Source of the DNA: Malacoraja senta
Taxonomy: Eukaryota
Direction of reading: 5' to 3'
Length of the DNA: 64,000 bases
Assembly (NCBI GenBank): GCA_038087875.1
Contig: CM075989.1
Span: 22,818,001-22,882,000 of the forward strand
Of the stretch, positions 36,704-49,393 are shown piece by piece. Within the stretch, counting starts at the first letter, position 1; each line of letters opens with the position of its first letter. Under the pieces are notes generated by a model. The model had not been told where the DNA came from. It ran no database searches and was given only the letters and a program-made list of their open reading frames with translations. Made by a program: the position numbers and the translations under genes.

Positions 36704-38218
36704 CTAATCGAACCCAAGCCCATTAACCTACTATCCTGTATGTCTTTGGAATGTGGGAGGAAACCTGAGCATCCAGAAAAAATCCACGTGGTCACAGGGA
36801 GAACGTGCAAACTCCGCACAGACAGCACCCGAGGTCAGGATCGAACCCGGGTCTCCGGTGCTGTGAGGCTGCAGCTCTACCGCTGCAGATACAAAGAACT
36901 GCAGGTGCTGGTTTATACCAAAGACAGACAACAAAATGCTGGCGTAACGCAGCGGGTCAGGCAACATCTCTGGAGAGAAAGGATGGGTGACGTTTCGGGT
37001 CGGGACCCATCTTCAGACCGCTGTGCGCCACTGTGCCGCCCTGCTGTGGTTATGCAAATCGCTTTTCATGTTACAATCCCTCAAAAGCAACTCAATGGCT
37101 GTGAAGTGCCTGGGAGGTCTTAACGGAAACATATAAAATGGCTCTGACGACATCCTGAGGGTTTTGAATCTGAATTAGGCTCCCATATACTCTTGCTATG
37201 GGAACCTGGGCCAGAACAAGCAACAAGCTCGTCTCCACGTCTGGCAAAGCTCTTCAAAACCTTTGAAGGAACGAACAGCACAAAGTACTCATTCAACTGG
37301 ATGAGATTCGCGGATACTCCCTGTCAAGGCAAGGAATCTGTAAATGAGGTTTCATATTTTAACTTCCCAATAAATATGAAATATTCACCAGCTTAAAGCA
37401 CACATCTGGAAACTAAATACCTTTCCATCTTGAAGCCAGTGCTTTCTCGGGATATATTCTAAGCAGCACACAGCCTCCGAACATGTAGCACGTAATTATT
37501 GTATGAAACTATTCAAGGGGGTCACACTTGCAACATTCAAAAGATGTAACTAATACCATGTTTAGAGCAGCCAATGGTCCATATATTATGGCTAAAAGCT
37601 TAGTAATAAAAACACTTATTAAGTGCGACCATCATGCTGTAAGCTCAGGCAGAGTAATCGCCTTAAAATAAAGTGTGAAAATCCAATAACTTTGTATCAG
37701 GGGAATAATTTAACAGATCCAGCCCAGGCTGAAGGAACCGCAAACTCTCTCTCGCCCAGTGAGATCACAATTAGGGTGCGGTAATCAGACAGTTTAACCA
37801 ACTTGAAGCAAAAGGACATCCTGAGGTAGATTGTACTAAACTGTGTCAGCCACAGGGCAGAGGAACCTTAATTAGATAACGGCACAATGCGTTTTTAAGG
37901 GCCAAGGCTGCAATAATTGGCAAGGACTTTATCTGCTGCAGTGTCATTCACGGGAACATAAAATACAGGAGGCTGCCTCAGAATGGCAGCCAGCTTCATC
38001 AGAGACCCACACTGCCCTGGCCACACGCTCCCTTCACCCCTGCCATTGGGAAGAAGGTACAGGAGCCTGAAAACTGTAACGTCCAGGTTCAGAAGCAGCT
38101 TCTTCCCTGCAGCCATCAGGCTATTGAACACCACAACCTGCAAATAAGCTCCCAGCTACATACATGGGGCATTATTTGTGTCTTTGGACTATTAATGTGA
38201 GTATGACTATTATTGTGC

Positions 38219-38530
38219 GTTGCACCCTGGCCACTCCCTCTTCTCCCCTCTCCCATCAGGCAAAAGGTATAGAATTGTGAAAGCACACACCTCCACATTC
38301 ACGGACAGTTTCTTCCCCAGCTGTTATCAGGCAACTGAACCATCCTACCACAACCTGAGAGCTGTCCTGAACCACTATCTATACAGAGACGGAGAGACGG
38401 AGGGACAGATACTGAACATTATATGTTGTTTGTTACGTGTTTACAGAGTACTATGTTTTCATATGTATTGTGCTGCTGTAGGTAAGAATTTCATTGTTCC
38501 ATTTCTGGACATGACAATAAAACACTCTTG
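38219..38530 (+). mobile_element. Rex/Babar-like LINE 3' fragment. An inverted fragment lies at about 37970-38140.
   Basis: HPGHSLFSPLPSGKRYR motif and atgacaataaaacactcttga end. Confidence 0.7.
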
Positions 38531-40120
38531 AACCGCTTGGCCAATAATCTGATGAAGCAACTCTACCGCTGCGCCGTCATGCCGCCTACAGTTCTATGTC
38601 TTAAAACACACGGAGAAGCAACGACCAGCATTTAAATAAAACACATGCACAGTCCAAAGATCTCAGATGAAGGAAGGGCAGAGAGCTGGAGGCTGAAGTT
38701 TGATATGAGCCAGTGAGAAACAGGCCAAGTCACAAACAACGTCAACAGACACAAGGATGGAGTGCTGATAGCCCTGGGGTACACGCGGGCCAGAGATCGC
38801 GTTCAAAGACCAGCTCATTATCTGCTCACTTGTGAAGCATGTTTTGCCAGGTCATTTTTATGTTCAAGTTGAATTTCAGGTTAGCTGGGTTGCTCTCACC
38901 TGAATAAATCACACAAAACAAAAATGTTGATTCAACTGTATCCCAAGGCTGAAACACACAGGCATGAATAAATGAAACAACCCCTTCTCTGATCCTTTAG
39001 ATTCAGATTTAGACCTGCAAAAATGAAGGGAATCTGGTCTGCTTGCTTAAAGAAAATAAACTGAGCAACATCATAGAGTGATACAGTGTGGAAACAGGCC
39101 TTTCGGCCCAACTTGCCCACACCGGCCAACACGTCCCAGCTACACTAGTCCCACCTGCCCGCGTTTGGTCCTTATCCCTCCATATGATACGATACGATAG
39201 AACTTCATTTATTCCCAGCAGTCATAAAACACAACAAGATGCATGAAAGTGAAAAGTCCAGGATTGGAGATGGGCAAAGATTGGGGGGGGGGGGGGGGAG
39301 TCAGTCTACCCCACGACAGAAGGGGCAGGAGTTGTACAGTTTGATAGCCACAGGGAAGAAGGATTTCCCATGGCGTTCATATCCATCATGTTGGATCAGG
39401 CTGAATGAAGCTTGTTACAACAATATACAGTAGTTGTTAATAACGAGCAGGAAATGAGTGTCTGAATGAACAGATACTACACTGGACAACTGGTTATTAT
39501 ATTTTCTGTTTAAGATAAAGAGGATGAAATGGGTAGAGATGAGGCAGTTGATGTTTAACCAAACAATGCGATGTGTTTTGCAAAGAGGTATGAATATAGT
39601 ATCAATATAAATGTACTGCGATGCAAGAAGGAAGGGCGATTTACAATCACAAATTAGTTTAGCTCAGAGAAATAAAGTGGAAACAAGGCCTTCAGCCCAC
39701 CAAGTCTGTGCCGACCAGCGATCACTCGTGCACTAGTTCCACCCCACACACTAGGGACAATTTACAGAAGCCAATTAACCTGCCAACCTACAAGTCATGT
39801 AATGTGAAAGGAAATCAGAACACCTGGAGCAAACTCAAAACGCAATTTGTACGTTCTTCACGTGACCACGTGGGTTTTCTCCAGGCGCTCCGGTTTCCTC
39901 CACACACTCCAAAGACGTGCAGGTTTGTAGGTTAGTTGGCTTCAGTAAACAAAGACTGCAAATTGTCCCGAGTGTGTTAGTGCACATGGTGATCGCTGGT
40001 CGGCGAGGACAAAGTGGGCCGAAGGGCTTGTTTCCGCGCTGCATCTCTAAAGTCTACTGTAAAGTCTAAACTCAAAGACCACGTGCTCAGTCCTGAAAAA
40101 TCATAAGATGCAGACATTAA

Positions 40121-40317
40121 TGGGCCTGTCCCACTTACGCGATATTTTCGGCGACTGCCGTCACCCGTCACAGTCGCCACAGGTCGCCGAAAATGTTCAA
40201 CATGTTGAAAATCCAGCGGCGACCAGAAAAAGGTACGACTCTTTGGGCGACTACTCACGACCATACAGGCGTCAGGTGTCGACATGTCGCAGGGTGACGA
40301 CAGCATGGTCGTGAGTG
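40121..40317. mobile_element. Half copy of a Harbinger-like MITE
   Basis: TAA then TGGGCCTGTCCCACTT. Runs just past the centre of symmetry. Confidence 0.7.
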
Positions 40318-40668
40318 ATTAGTTTTTAGAGATACAGCGTTGAAACAAGCTCTTAGGCCCACCGAGTCCATGCCGACCGTCGATCACCTGTACACTAGTC
40401 CCATCCTACACACTAGGGACAACTTACAGAAGCCAATTAACCTACAAATCAGCACACGAGGAACAATTTACATTATTTTACCGAAGCCTATTAACCCGAT
40501 AAACCTGTACGTCTTTGGAGTGTGGGAAGAAACCGGAGCACCCGGAGAAAACCCACGCGGTCATGGGGAGAACGTACAAACTCCACACAGACAGCACTCG
40601 TGGACAGCACCTGTGGTCAGGATTGAACCCTGTATGGCAGCAACTCTACCGCTGCGCCACCGTGCCGC
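40318..40668 (-). mobile_element. V-SINE with an internal duplication
   Basis: The gacaa...gccaattaacc segment occurs twice. Sister copy at 41633-41982. Confidence 0.8.
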
Positions 40669-41632
40669 ACTAAAGCAGTGAAGCTCAGTTCTCAGATTAG
40701 ATATTTAAAAAGTCCAATGTCTTGGTTTAGCTACAATATAAATGAATTGAACAACAGTCCGGTTGTAACTAAATTACAAGGCACTTATAATAGTGATCAA
40801 ATCATAAATCTTTCATTGGTTAGCCTTTAGGGAAGAATACGGTTAGACTCCCAATCCAATGGAACACACCACACAGCATTTCATTTTTAAGTGCGTCATA
40901 TTTAAAGAAGTTTTCATTCCAACTCAGCTACAAGAAGGAGTCAAGTTCATAAGTGATAGGAGAATTAGGCCATTCGGCCCATCAAGTCTACTCCGCCATT
41001 CAATCATGGCTGATCTATCTCTCCCTCCTAACCCCATTTTCCCGCCTTCTCCCCACAACCTCCGACACCTGCACTAATCAAGAAATATATCTATCTCTGC
41101 CTTAAAAATATCTATTAACTTGGCCTCCACTGCCGTCTGTGGCAATGAATTCCACAGATTCACAACCCGGATGTGTTTCTCCACACTTTTCCTTTCCACC
41201 CTCTGCTTCTACTTTGACAACTTTGCTGTGGCAATGGTTAAATTACGCATTACAACGGACAGATTTTGTGCTTAATTTTATTTAGATATTCTTGTTTCTT
41301 AAATATTTCCGCAGATTCGCCACCCTCTGACTAAAGAGTCAACTTCAGTATCGCGAGCTACTTTAGTGGTGAAAACACATTGAGAATTGGACAGTGTAAG
41401 CAAAACAATGGCGTTCTCCATCATGATCAAATGTGAATGTGAATTAATCAACCATCTTTGTGAAACCTTTGTTTGAAACCCTGGACTGTGAGAGAGCTTA
41501 ATAACTCCAGTGAACTGTGCATATACAAAAGTAATATCTAAAATTAGTTTCCCCATATGGCAAACATCAGAGCGATCTATCTCACCAGCAATTGACCCAA
41601 ATAACACAATTCTTCTCTCACGAGTTCAACTA

Positions 41633-41982
41633 TTTAGTTTTTAGAGATACAGCGTTGAAACAAGCTCTTGGGCCCACCGAGTCCATGCCGACCATCGATC
41701 ACCCGTACACCAGTTCCATCCTACACACTAGGGACAACTTACAGAAGCCAATTAACCTACAAATCTGCGCACGAGGGACAATTTACATGTTTTACCGAAG
41801 CCAATTAACTCTACAAACCTGTACGTCTTTGGAGTGTGGGAAGAAACCGGAGCACCCGGAGAAAACCCACGCGGTCACAGGGAGAATGCACAAACTCCAC
41901 ACAGACAGCACCCACAGTCAGGATTGAACCCGGGTCCCTGACGCTGCAAGACAGCAACTCTACCGCTGCGTCACCGTGCCGC
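41633..41982 (-). mobile_element. V-SINE with an internal duplication
   Basis: Same unusual structure as 40318-40668. Confidence 0.8.
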
Positions 41983-42066
41983 CCTTCTAAACGTCTAGCT
42001 TTAGAATCTTGCCACAGTCAACCATCTATATCTAGGAGGACACAAAGTGCTGGAGTAACTCAACAG

Positions 42067-42383
42067 TCATGGTGGCGCAGTGGTAGAGTTCCTGCCTTAC
42101 AGCCAATGCAGCGCCGGAGACCCAGGTTCGATCCCGATTACGGGTGCTGTCAGTACGGAGTTTGCACGTTCTCCCCGTGACCTGCGTGGGTTTTCTCCGA
42201 GATCTTCGGTTTCCTCCCACATTCCAAAGACGTACAGGTTTGTAGGTTAACTGGCTTGGTAAATGTAAAAATTGTCCCTAGTGGGTGTAGGATGTGTTAA
42301 TGTGCGGGGATCACTGGTCGGCGCGGAATCGGTGGGCCGCAGGGTCTGTTTCCGTGCTGTATCTCTAAACTAACTAAACTAAA
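42067..42383 (+). mobile_element. V-SINE (HE1-like)
   Basis: Full copy. Confidence 0.83.
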
Positions 42384-42866
42384 AAGGCTCAGGCAATATC
42401 TCTGGGGGCACTAGAGATGCTGCCTGTCTCTGTGTTCTTTTGAATAAACCAGCATCTGCAATTCTTTGTTGCTACATCTAAATCTAAGAGAGTAGCCTCA
42501 GAGTATTGCTTAGAATGTGAGTGTAACAACCTGGAATCAAAGGGAGGCCACTCAGCCCATCTAATTGATGTAGGATTAGCTATGATTTCCCAGTGCACTC
42601 TCAGGAATACAAGTGTTAATCTTCTCAAGATATTGACTCAGTGGGAACACCAGTGTTGTGTTTCATTTCAATGGGATTGATGCCTATTTAAGTCATTCTT
42701 GTTTTGTTAAGTTGCTCAGGATATATCTCTGCTTGTTAAATGAGCAAATTCAGATTAGAGATAACACAGATATGATAGACAAAAGTCAAAATTCTCAGGG
42801 AGAAATATTACACTGCGCAATTACACAACTTTTTTAAAATTGGGAATTAAAGAAAAAACTTGAGTG

Positions 42867-43172
42867 GGCGGCACGGTGGCGCAGCGGTAGAGTTGCTGCC
42901 TCACTGCACCAGAGACCTGGGTTCGATCCCGACTACGGGTGATGTCTGTACAGAGTTTGTACGTTCTCCCCATGACCTCATGGGATTTCTCCGGGTGCTC
43001 CGGTTTCCTCCCACATTCCAAAGACTTAAAGGTTTGCAGGTTAATTGGCTTGGTATAATTGTAAAAAAATTGGCCCTAGTGTGTGTAGGATAGTGTTAGT
43101 GTATGAGGATTGCTGGTCAGTACTAACTCGGTGGGCTGAAGGGCCTGTTTCCGCTCTGGATCTCAAAAACTA
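42867..43172 (+). mobile_element. V-SINE (HE1-like)
   Basis: Full copy. Confidence 0.83.
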
Positions 43173-44057
43173 AACCAAGACTTGGCCCACAAAAAACGTT
43201 ACCCATTCCTTCTCTCCAGAGATGCTGCCTGTCCCGCTGAGTTACTCCAGCTTTCTGTGTCTATCTTCGGTTTAAACCAGCATCTGCCGTTCCTTCCGAC
43301 ACATATCATCATCCCTGCTAGCTGCCGGTGAAGCAATTGTTGAGCTACGAGATTATAGACCACCATTAACATTTATTCATCCCTAAAGTGTGAGCTCAGG
43401 TGTGTCACGGGCTTTTTAAAAGAAATCTGAAGCCCAAGTTTCAGGTTGCTTTTAAACATTGACAAAAGGCTGAGTGGTATTTTAAAAAATATATATATAT
43501 AGCCTTCTGGGTGGTAGAGGGAAAAAAAGGAGGTTGAATGTGTCGAAAACTTTCAGCTCAAATACTGTAGGTTTAAAGGAGCTGGAAAACCATGCGTGGC
43601 TGAACTTACAAAGCTGCCTTCAGGGGCTGTACTGCAAAAAGAAAACATTCCTACACCAGGAAAAATGTTCTACTTAATCCTGGTTAGAAACCAGATACAT
43701 CCTACAAGCAAAAAGCAAGTTTTTTGTCAAGTTCAGCATGAGAAGGGGAATAACTGCACTCTATATAAAATGGATAATCAGGAAAAATGGATTACTGGGG
43801 AAACAGGACCATTGTCAGATTGTGACAACCACATCATAACATACAGCGCGACATAGGAGAAACTCATTTTGTAACATCCTAGTTTCTGCTCATTCATAAT
43901 CACTTCCCACTCATCAATGTGTAGATTGGATCATTATCCAAAAAAAGAGGATAGACACATAGAGCTGGAGTGACTGGCGGGTCAGGCAGCATCTTTGGAG
44001 AAAAGGAATAGGTGACGTTTTGGGTCGAGTCCCTTCTTCATGCAACGGAGGGTCAGT

Positions 44058-44085
44058 CTGAAGAAGGGTCTCGACCCGAAACGTC
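44058..44085 (+). ncRNA. Minimal type I hammerhead ribozyme-like motif in a PLE fragment (about 43950-44186)
   Basis: CUGAAGA-A-GGGUCUCGACCC-GAAACGUC: both conserved boxes, stem II and a palindromic ACGU helix III. Helix I is weak. Confidence 0.6.
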
Positions 44086-44903
44086 ACCTATTCCTTCTCT
44101 GCAGAGATGCTGCCTGTCCCGCTGCGTTACTCCAGCATTTTGTGCCTATCTTCGGTTTAAACCAGCATCTGCCGTTCCTTCCTGCATATTTATCAATAAA
44201 GACTTTGCTGGTGGCTCACATCGGACACTGATCCACCGGCGTTAAATGGGGAGATATTAAAGCCAGCTCACACACAAAGGTTGACTCATAATCATTGATT
44301 ACTGGTGCAGCACACATCAAAGGCACGAAAGGCTTTGAGCTATTTGGACAGAGGACAAAGGAGAAGAATCGTCAGGTCAGTCAACTGGGCAGGTGCATCA
44401 GTGAAGAAGGGAAAATGGATTTCATAGCGATAGCCTATGGGTGGCTTAAAACAGAGAATCAAGCTGATTTACCTCGACTAGACCCACTGGCAGGCATCAA
44501 TCGCCAGCCGTGCTCGGACAATGTGATGAGTTCTGCTGACAGGATGCAAGATGACTTGAACACACTGGGTTCAGCAGCTACACTGAGAGTCATGCAGCTG
44601 GCACTAGGGTGGCATGGAAAAGCCCGCCCAATCAACCAGCGAAGATGGTTCTGATCAACCCGCCTATAATGTGAAGCCAAAGATGAGAAACAGCCAGAGG
44701 TAGTCGAGGCAGGGACTATCGCAACGTTTAAGAAACAGTTAGACAGGTACATGGATGGTGTAGGAAGGAACTGCAAATGCTGGTTTAAACCGAAGATAGA
44801 CACAAAAAGCTGACGTAATTCAGCGAGACAGGCAGCTTCTCTGGAGAGAAGAAATAGGTGATGTTTCGGGTCGAGCTTTGAGTATCATATATTTCAGACC
44901 CAT

Positions 44904-44931
44904 CTGAAGAAGGGTCTTGACCCGAAACGTC
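44904..44931 (+). ncRNA. Minimal hammerhead-like motif in a PLE fragment (about 44758-44995)
   Basis: CUGAAGAAGGGUCUUGACCCGAAACGUC. Confidence 0.55.
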
Positions 44932-45645
44932 ACCCATTCCATCTCTCCTGGGATGCTGCCTGTCCCGCTGAGTTACTCCAGATTTTTGTGTCTATGTTAG
45001 TTACATGGATAGGACAGGTTTGGAGGGATGTGGGCCAAATGCCGGCAGGTGGGACTAGTGTAGCTGGGATAGTTTAGTTTAGAGATACAGTGCAGAAACA
45101 GGCCCTTCGGCCCACCAAGTCCGCACCGACCAGCGATCCGCGCGCAATCCATATACTAGGGACAAATTACATTCATACCAAGCCATTTAACCTAGAAACC
45201 TGTACATCTTTGGAGTGTGGGAGCAAACCAAAGATCCCGGAGAAAACCCACGTGGTCACGGGGAGAATGTACAAACTCCGTACAGACAGCACCCATAGTC
45301 GGGATCGAACCCGGGTCTCAATCGCTGTACGGCAACACTATCGATGCGCCAATGTGGGCAAGTTGGACAAAGGGCCTGTTTCGACACCGTTTGACTCTAT
45401 GAGTGAAATCAGCAAAAGCAGGCATTTGAGAACAAAATATGGCGTTTATAAACGAGACAGAGATATGGAAAAAGCAAACTTGACGTGGAAGTGACCACAT
45501 GAGGCTTCTATGCTGATATAACGGGTGGATTACAAGGTATCTCTTGTACAATCAGAACATGAGGGCTAACAAATGAACACTTGGAATCCCATCCTGCCTC
45601 ATTATAACTAACGTATTCTCTGGTCTTCAATGGTCAGGGGAAGAT

Positions 45646-46715
45646 ATAGATACATAGATACATAGAAAATAGGTGCAGGAGTAGGCCATTCAGCCGTTCG
45701 AGCCTGCACCACCATTCAATATGATCATGGCTGATCATCCAACTCAGTATCCCGTACCTGCCTTCTCTCCATACCCCCTGATCCCCTTAGCCACAAGGGC
45801 CACATCTAACTCCCTCTTAAATATAGCCAATGAACTGGCTCAACTACCCTCTGTGGCAGAGAGTTCCAGAGATTCACCACTCTCTGTGTGAAAACGTTTT
45901 TCCTCATCTCGGTCTTAAAGGATTTCCCCCTTATCCTTAAGCTGTGACCCCTTGTCCTGGACTTCCCCAACATCGGGAACAATCTTCCTGCATCTAGCCT
46001 GTCCAACCCCATAAGAATTTTGTACGTTTCTATAAGATCCCCTCTCAATCTCCTAAATTCTAGCGAGTATAAGCCAAGTCTATCCAGTCTTTCTTCATAT
46101 GAAAGTCCTGACATCCCAGGAATCAGTCTGGTGAACCTTCTCTGCACTCCCTCTATGGCTATAATGTCCTTCCTCAGATTTGGAGACCAAAACTGTACGC
46201 AATACTCCAGGTGTGGTCTCACCAAGACACTGTACAACTGCAGAAGAACCTCCCTGCTCCTATACTCAAATCCTCTTGCTATGAAGGCCAACATACCATT
46301 CGCTTTCTTCACTGCCTGCTGCACCTGCATGCCTACTTTCAATGACTGGTGTACCATGACACCCAGGTCTCGCTGCATCTCCCCATTTCCTAATCGGTCA
46401 CCATTTAGATAATAGTCTGCCTTCCCATTTTTGTCACCAAAGTGGATAACCTCAGATTTATCCACATTATACTGCATCTGCCAAACATTTGCCCACTCAC
46501 CCAGCCTATCCAAGTCACCTTGCAGTCTCCTAGCATCCTCCTCACAGCTAACACTGCCCCCCAGCTTAGTGTCATCCGTAAACTTGGAGATGTTGCTTTC
46601 AATTCCCTCATCCAGTTCATTAATATAAATTGTAAATAGCTGCGGTCCCAGCACTGAGCCTTGTGGTACCCCACTAGTCACTGCCTGCCATTGTGAAAAG
46701 GACCCGTTTACTCCT
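45646..46715 (-). mobile_element. Longest CR1 LINE in the window, covering RT domain C-half to 3' tail. 5'-truncated and inactive.
   Basis: SGVPQGSVLGP...SKFTDDTKL (FADD box mutated)...[11 protein letters not shown]. Frameshift near the end. (TATCTATG)n tail. Confidence 0.95.
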
Positions 46716-49299
46716 TATCGAGGCATAGAGACACTCCTGATAACACCATCTGTTTTGTCAACCCAGCTAGCTTGTAATAATATGATTTGACTGCGGCTTT
46801 ATACAAGAAGCAAAAGTAATAAATAAAATATGAGCCATTCACTGCTAAAGTGAGCAACATTTATTCATTATTTCACGCCACAGATAGTGTTTACCGAATA
46901 CAAATGAGGATCAGATTCTGCACAGGTAAAACTCTACAGATTTTTAAATAAACTTTTAATTGACTATGCTTTTAATAAATTTAGTAACTGGGCTCAGACA
47001 TTTGAATTTAATTTTGAAATCTTTGCCACACTAGTATTTGTACATTCCTCAAATGGGCAAGGATTATTCAAATAAAAATCACCACTTTTTAAATAATGCT
47101 TCAGGGCCTAAAATATAAAGACAGCAGGTTTGTACTTCAAATGTAGTTGAAAATATTTCCAGCATCTGCAGTTCCTTCTTAAACATTAAGTTTGTACCTC
47201 AGATCTGTCGGCCTCTAGTAAATGTCAGCCTCAATTATGGTGTGTCTTTCTGTTGGTTTCTCACAAGGTATTGGTTGGACAGCACGGACACAGGCCCTTC
47301 GGCCCAACTTGTCCATGCCAACCAAGATGCCCCATCTACGCTCGTCCCTAGTGGCAGGTCCAAGCAATGAGTTTCAAACCTGCAGGAGTAGTCTGATCAA
47401 AAACTGGAGGAACTCAGCGGGTCAGGCAGCATCAGGGGAGATGAATGGACGACAGATGGGGTCTGGCGACCTTCAGATGAGTCTGAAAGTTGCGATTAAA
47501 GCTTGTCATATCATCAGAGGATCCTTAGTGTGATACAGCGCAGGGAACCGGCCTTCGCCCCCCCCACCCACCCAACCCTGTCATTGTCCGGACCAACATT
47601 TTGCTGGATCCATACAAGAAACAAATACTGAGGAGGAACCCACGTGGAATGAGGGGGACCCAGCCAGGGGGGGGGGGGGGAGAGAAGGAAGAAGTAAAAA
47701 GGAACCGGCGGGGGTGGCAAGCAGTGGATAGGACTGTTCGGGTATGCACAGAGATCTGGAAGGGTAAAGTGTGAAAACGAGAGATCAAAGGGGAAAATCA
47801 GAGACAAATTTCTATTCCTGCATCTTGGTCAGGCCGGGCCAGGGGAAGGAACAAAGGACCCGGCGTGGGGGGACCACTGTGAGGGGGGGGAGGGGGAACA
47901 AGAGGGGGACCTGACACGGGGTTAATTTATAACTTTGTAATTGCCCTTTACGTAGTGCCTATTTGCATACCTTGGGCGCGCAAGCAAAAAATTCCACTGT
48001 GACTTGTTACCTGTGACAATAAAGTATTAATTTGAATTTGCTAGCAGTTCTTCTGGTGTGCCAAGCTAACTTGGGGCAGTTAAACATCAGAAGCTTTGTT
48101 CAAAGCAGGGTGAATGATCGCTGGTAGCCTCTGGGCAAAGTGGTGACCTGTCTTCACAGAGGTTAGAAGAGAGGGGCGACCACTGCATCTCTAGAACAAA
48201 CAAACAATAAATCCCCCTCTCCTCTATAACTCCTTGTTAGAAACATAACCAGGTTTCATGTTTTCCAATTTAGCTGCGAGAGGTTTCTGTACCCAGGTGT
48301 TACTTTAAAGTGGAGATATGCTCGTGCAGAGACACTGAAGATATTCTTGAAGGGTTAGGTAAGACGAGGGCTTGCAGCTTTAGTATCACTGGTCACTGTT
48401 AATTCTCCCCATCCGTTAATATAGAGTAATTTCCCTGACACGTCGTGGCATGGCTTAAATACGGCTGTCGAGATGCAACAGCAGAACACAGTTTACAAGA
48501 CAGGTAAAGGTGAGATAAACAAGCTGTCAGAATTGTCACCTACACTATGACCCATGCCGTAGAATATTATCAGAGCTCGGGTTTCCTAATCTTAGTGTTT
48601 ATAAAGAAAGGCATCCTCCTCCCCACCCACCCCCCCCCCCTCACCCTTTCTAACGGCTGTTTGACACGAACTCTGATCTCTGGCGTCCATTTAAATACTT
48701 CACCAAGTGTGTCTTGCATTAGCCACATCTAAAGAGGTTCTGTAATCTGTGTCGGCTGCATTAACACCGTTCGACCTCCCTGGTGATAGATCAGTGGCTG
48801 GACCTGTGAAGCTCCCCCTAGGCTTTTAAGCAGGAGTGTTAGCTGAACCAGCCTGTCATTCCTTGCACAAGCAATGACTTCATAGTGGGAAGAAGCAAAA
48901 TAACATGTTACACTCTGAAGAATGTAACAAGTTCTCACACAACAAAGCTGAGGGAAGGCAGTATTTATTATGACAGCGCATTAACAATGGAATAGTAACT
49001 CTGTTTAATATAACGTAAAGTTGGCTGCAGTTCAGAGCTCTACATTTCTGAGCATTTGTGGAGCTGTAATGCCAATTTCCGGCATGGATCAGTGAATTAA
49101 AGCAACAACATTTCCTGCAGTTAGAACGGAGACGAGGAAGCAGTTTTTCACACAGAGAGTCTGTGGAATTCTCTGCCTCAGAGGGCGGTGGAGGCCGGTT
49201 CTCTGGATACTTTCAAGAGAGAGCTAGATAAGGCTCTTGAAGATAGCGGAGTCAGGGGATATGGGGAGAAGGCAGGAACGGGGTACTGATTGGGGATGA

Positions 49300-49393
49300 A
49301 GGTACACAAAAATGCTGGAGAAACTCAGCGGGTGCAGCAGCATCTATGGAGCGAAGGAAACAGGTAACGTTTCGGGCCGAAACCCTTCTTCAG
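49300..49393 (-). mobile_element. 94-bp PLE mini-insertion with an intact hammerhead core, inside a CR1 3' UTR (CR1 about 49120-49475)
   Basis: Perfect 15-bp TSD actgattggggatga (49285-49299, 49394-49408). Core CUGAAGAAGGGUUUCGGCCCGAAACGUU. Confidence 0.8.

Noticed and set aside
44295..44654. 119-aa ORF (DFIAIAYGWLK...RMQDDLNTLG)
   Set aside because: It faintly resembles CR1 endonuclease and RT motifs, so it is probably a very old LINE remnant. There is no support for a host exon.
45806..46681. 291-aa reverse transcriptase ORF as an active or domesticated gene
   Set aside because: It is a 5'-truncated CR1 with FADD changed to FTDD and a terminal frameshift. No promoter or splice context is evident.
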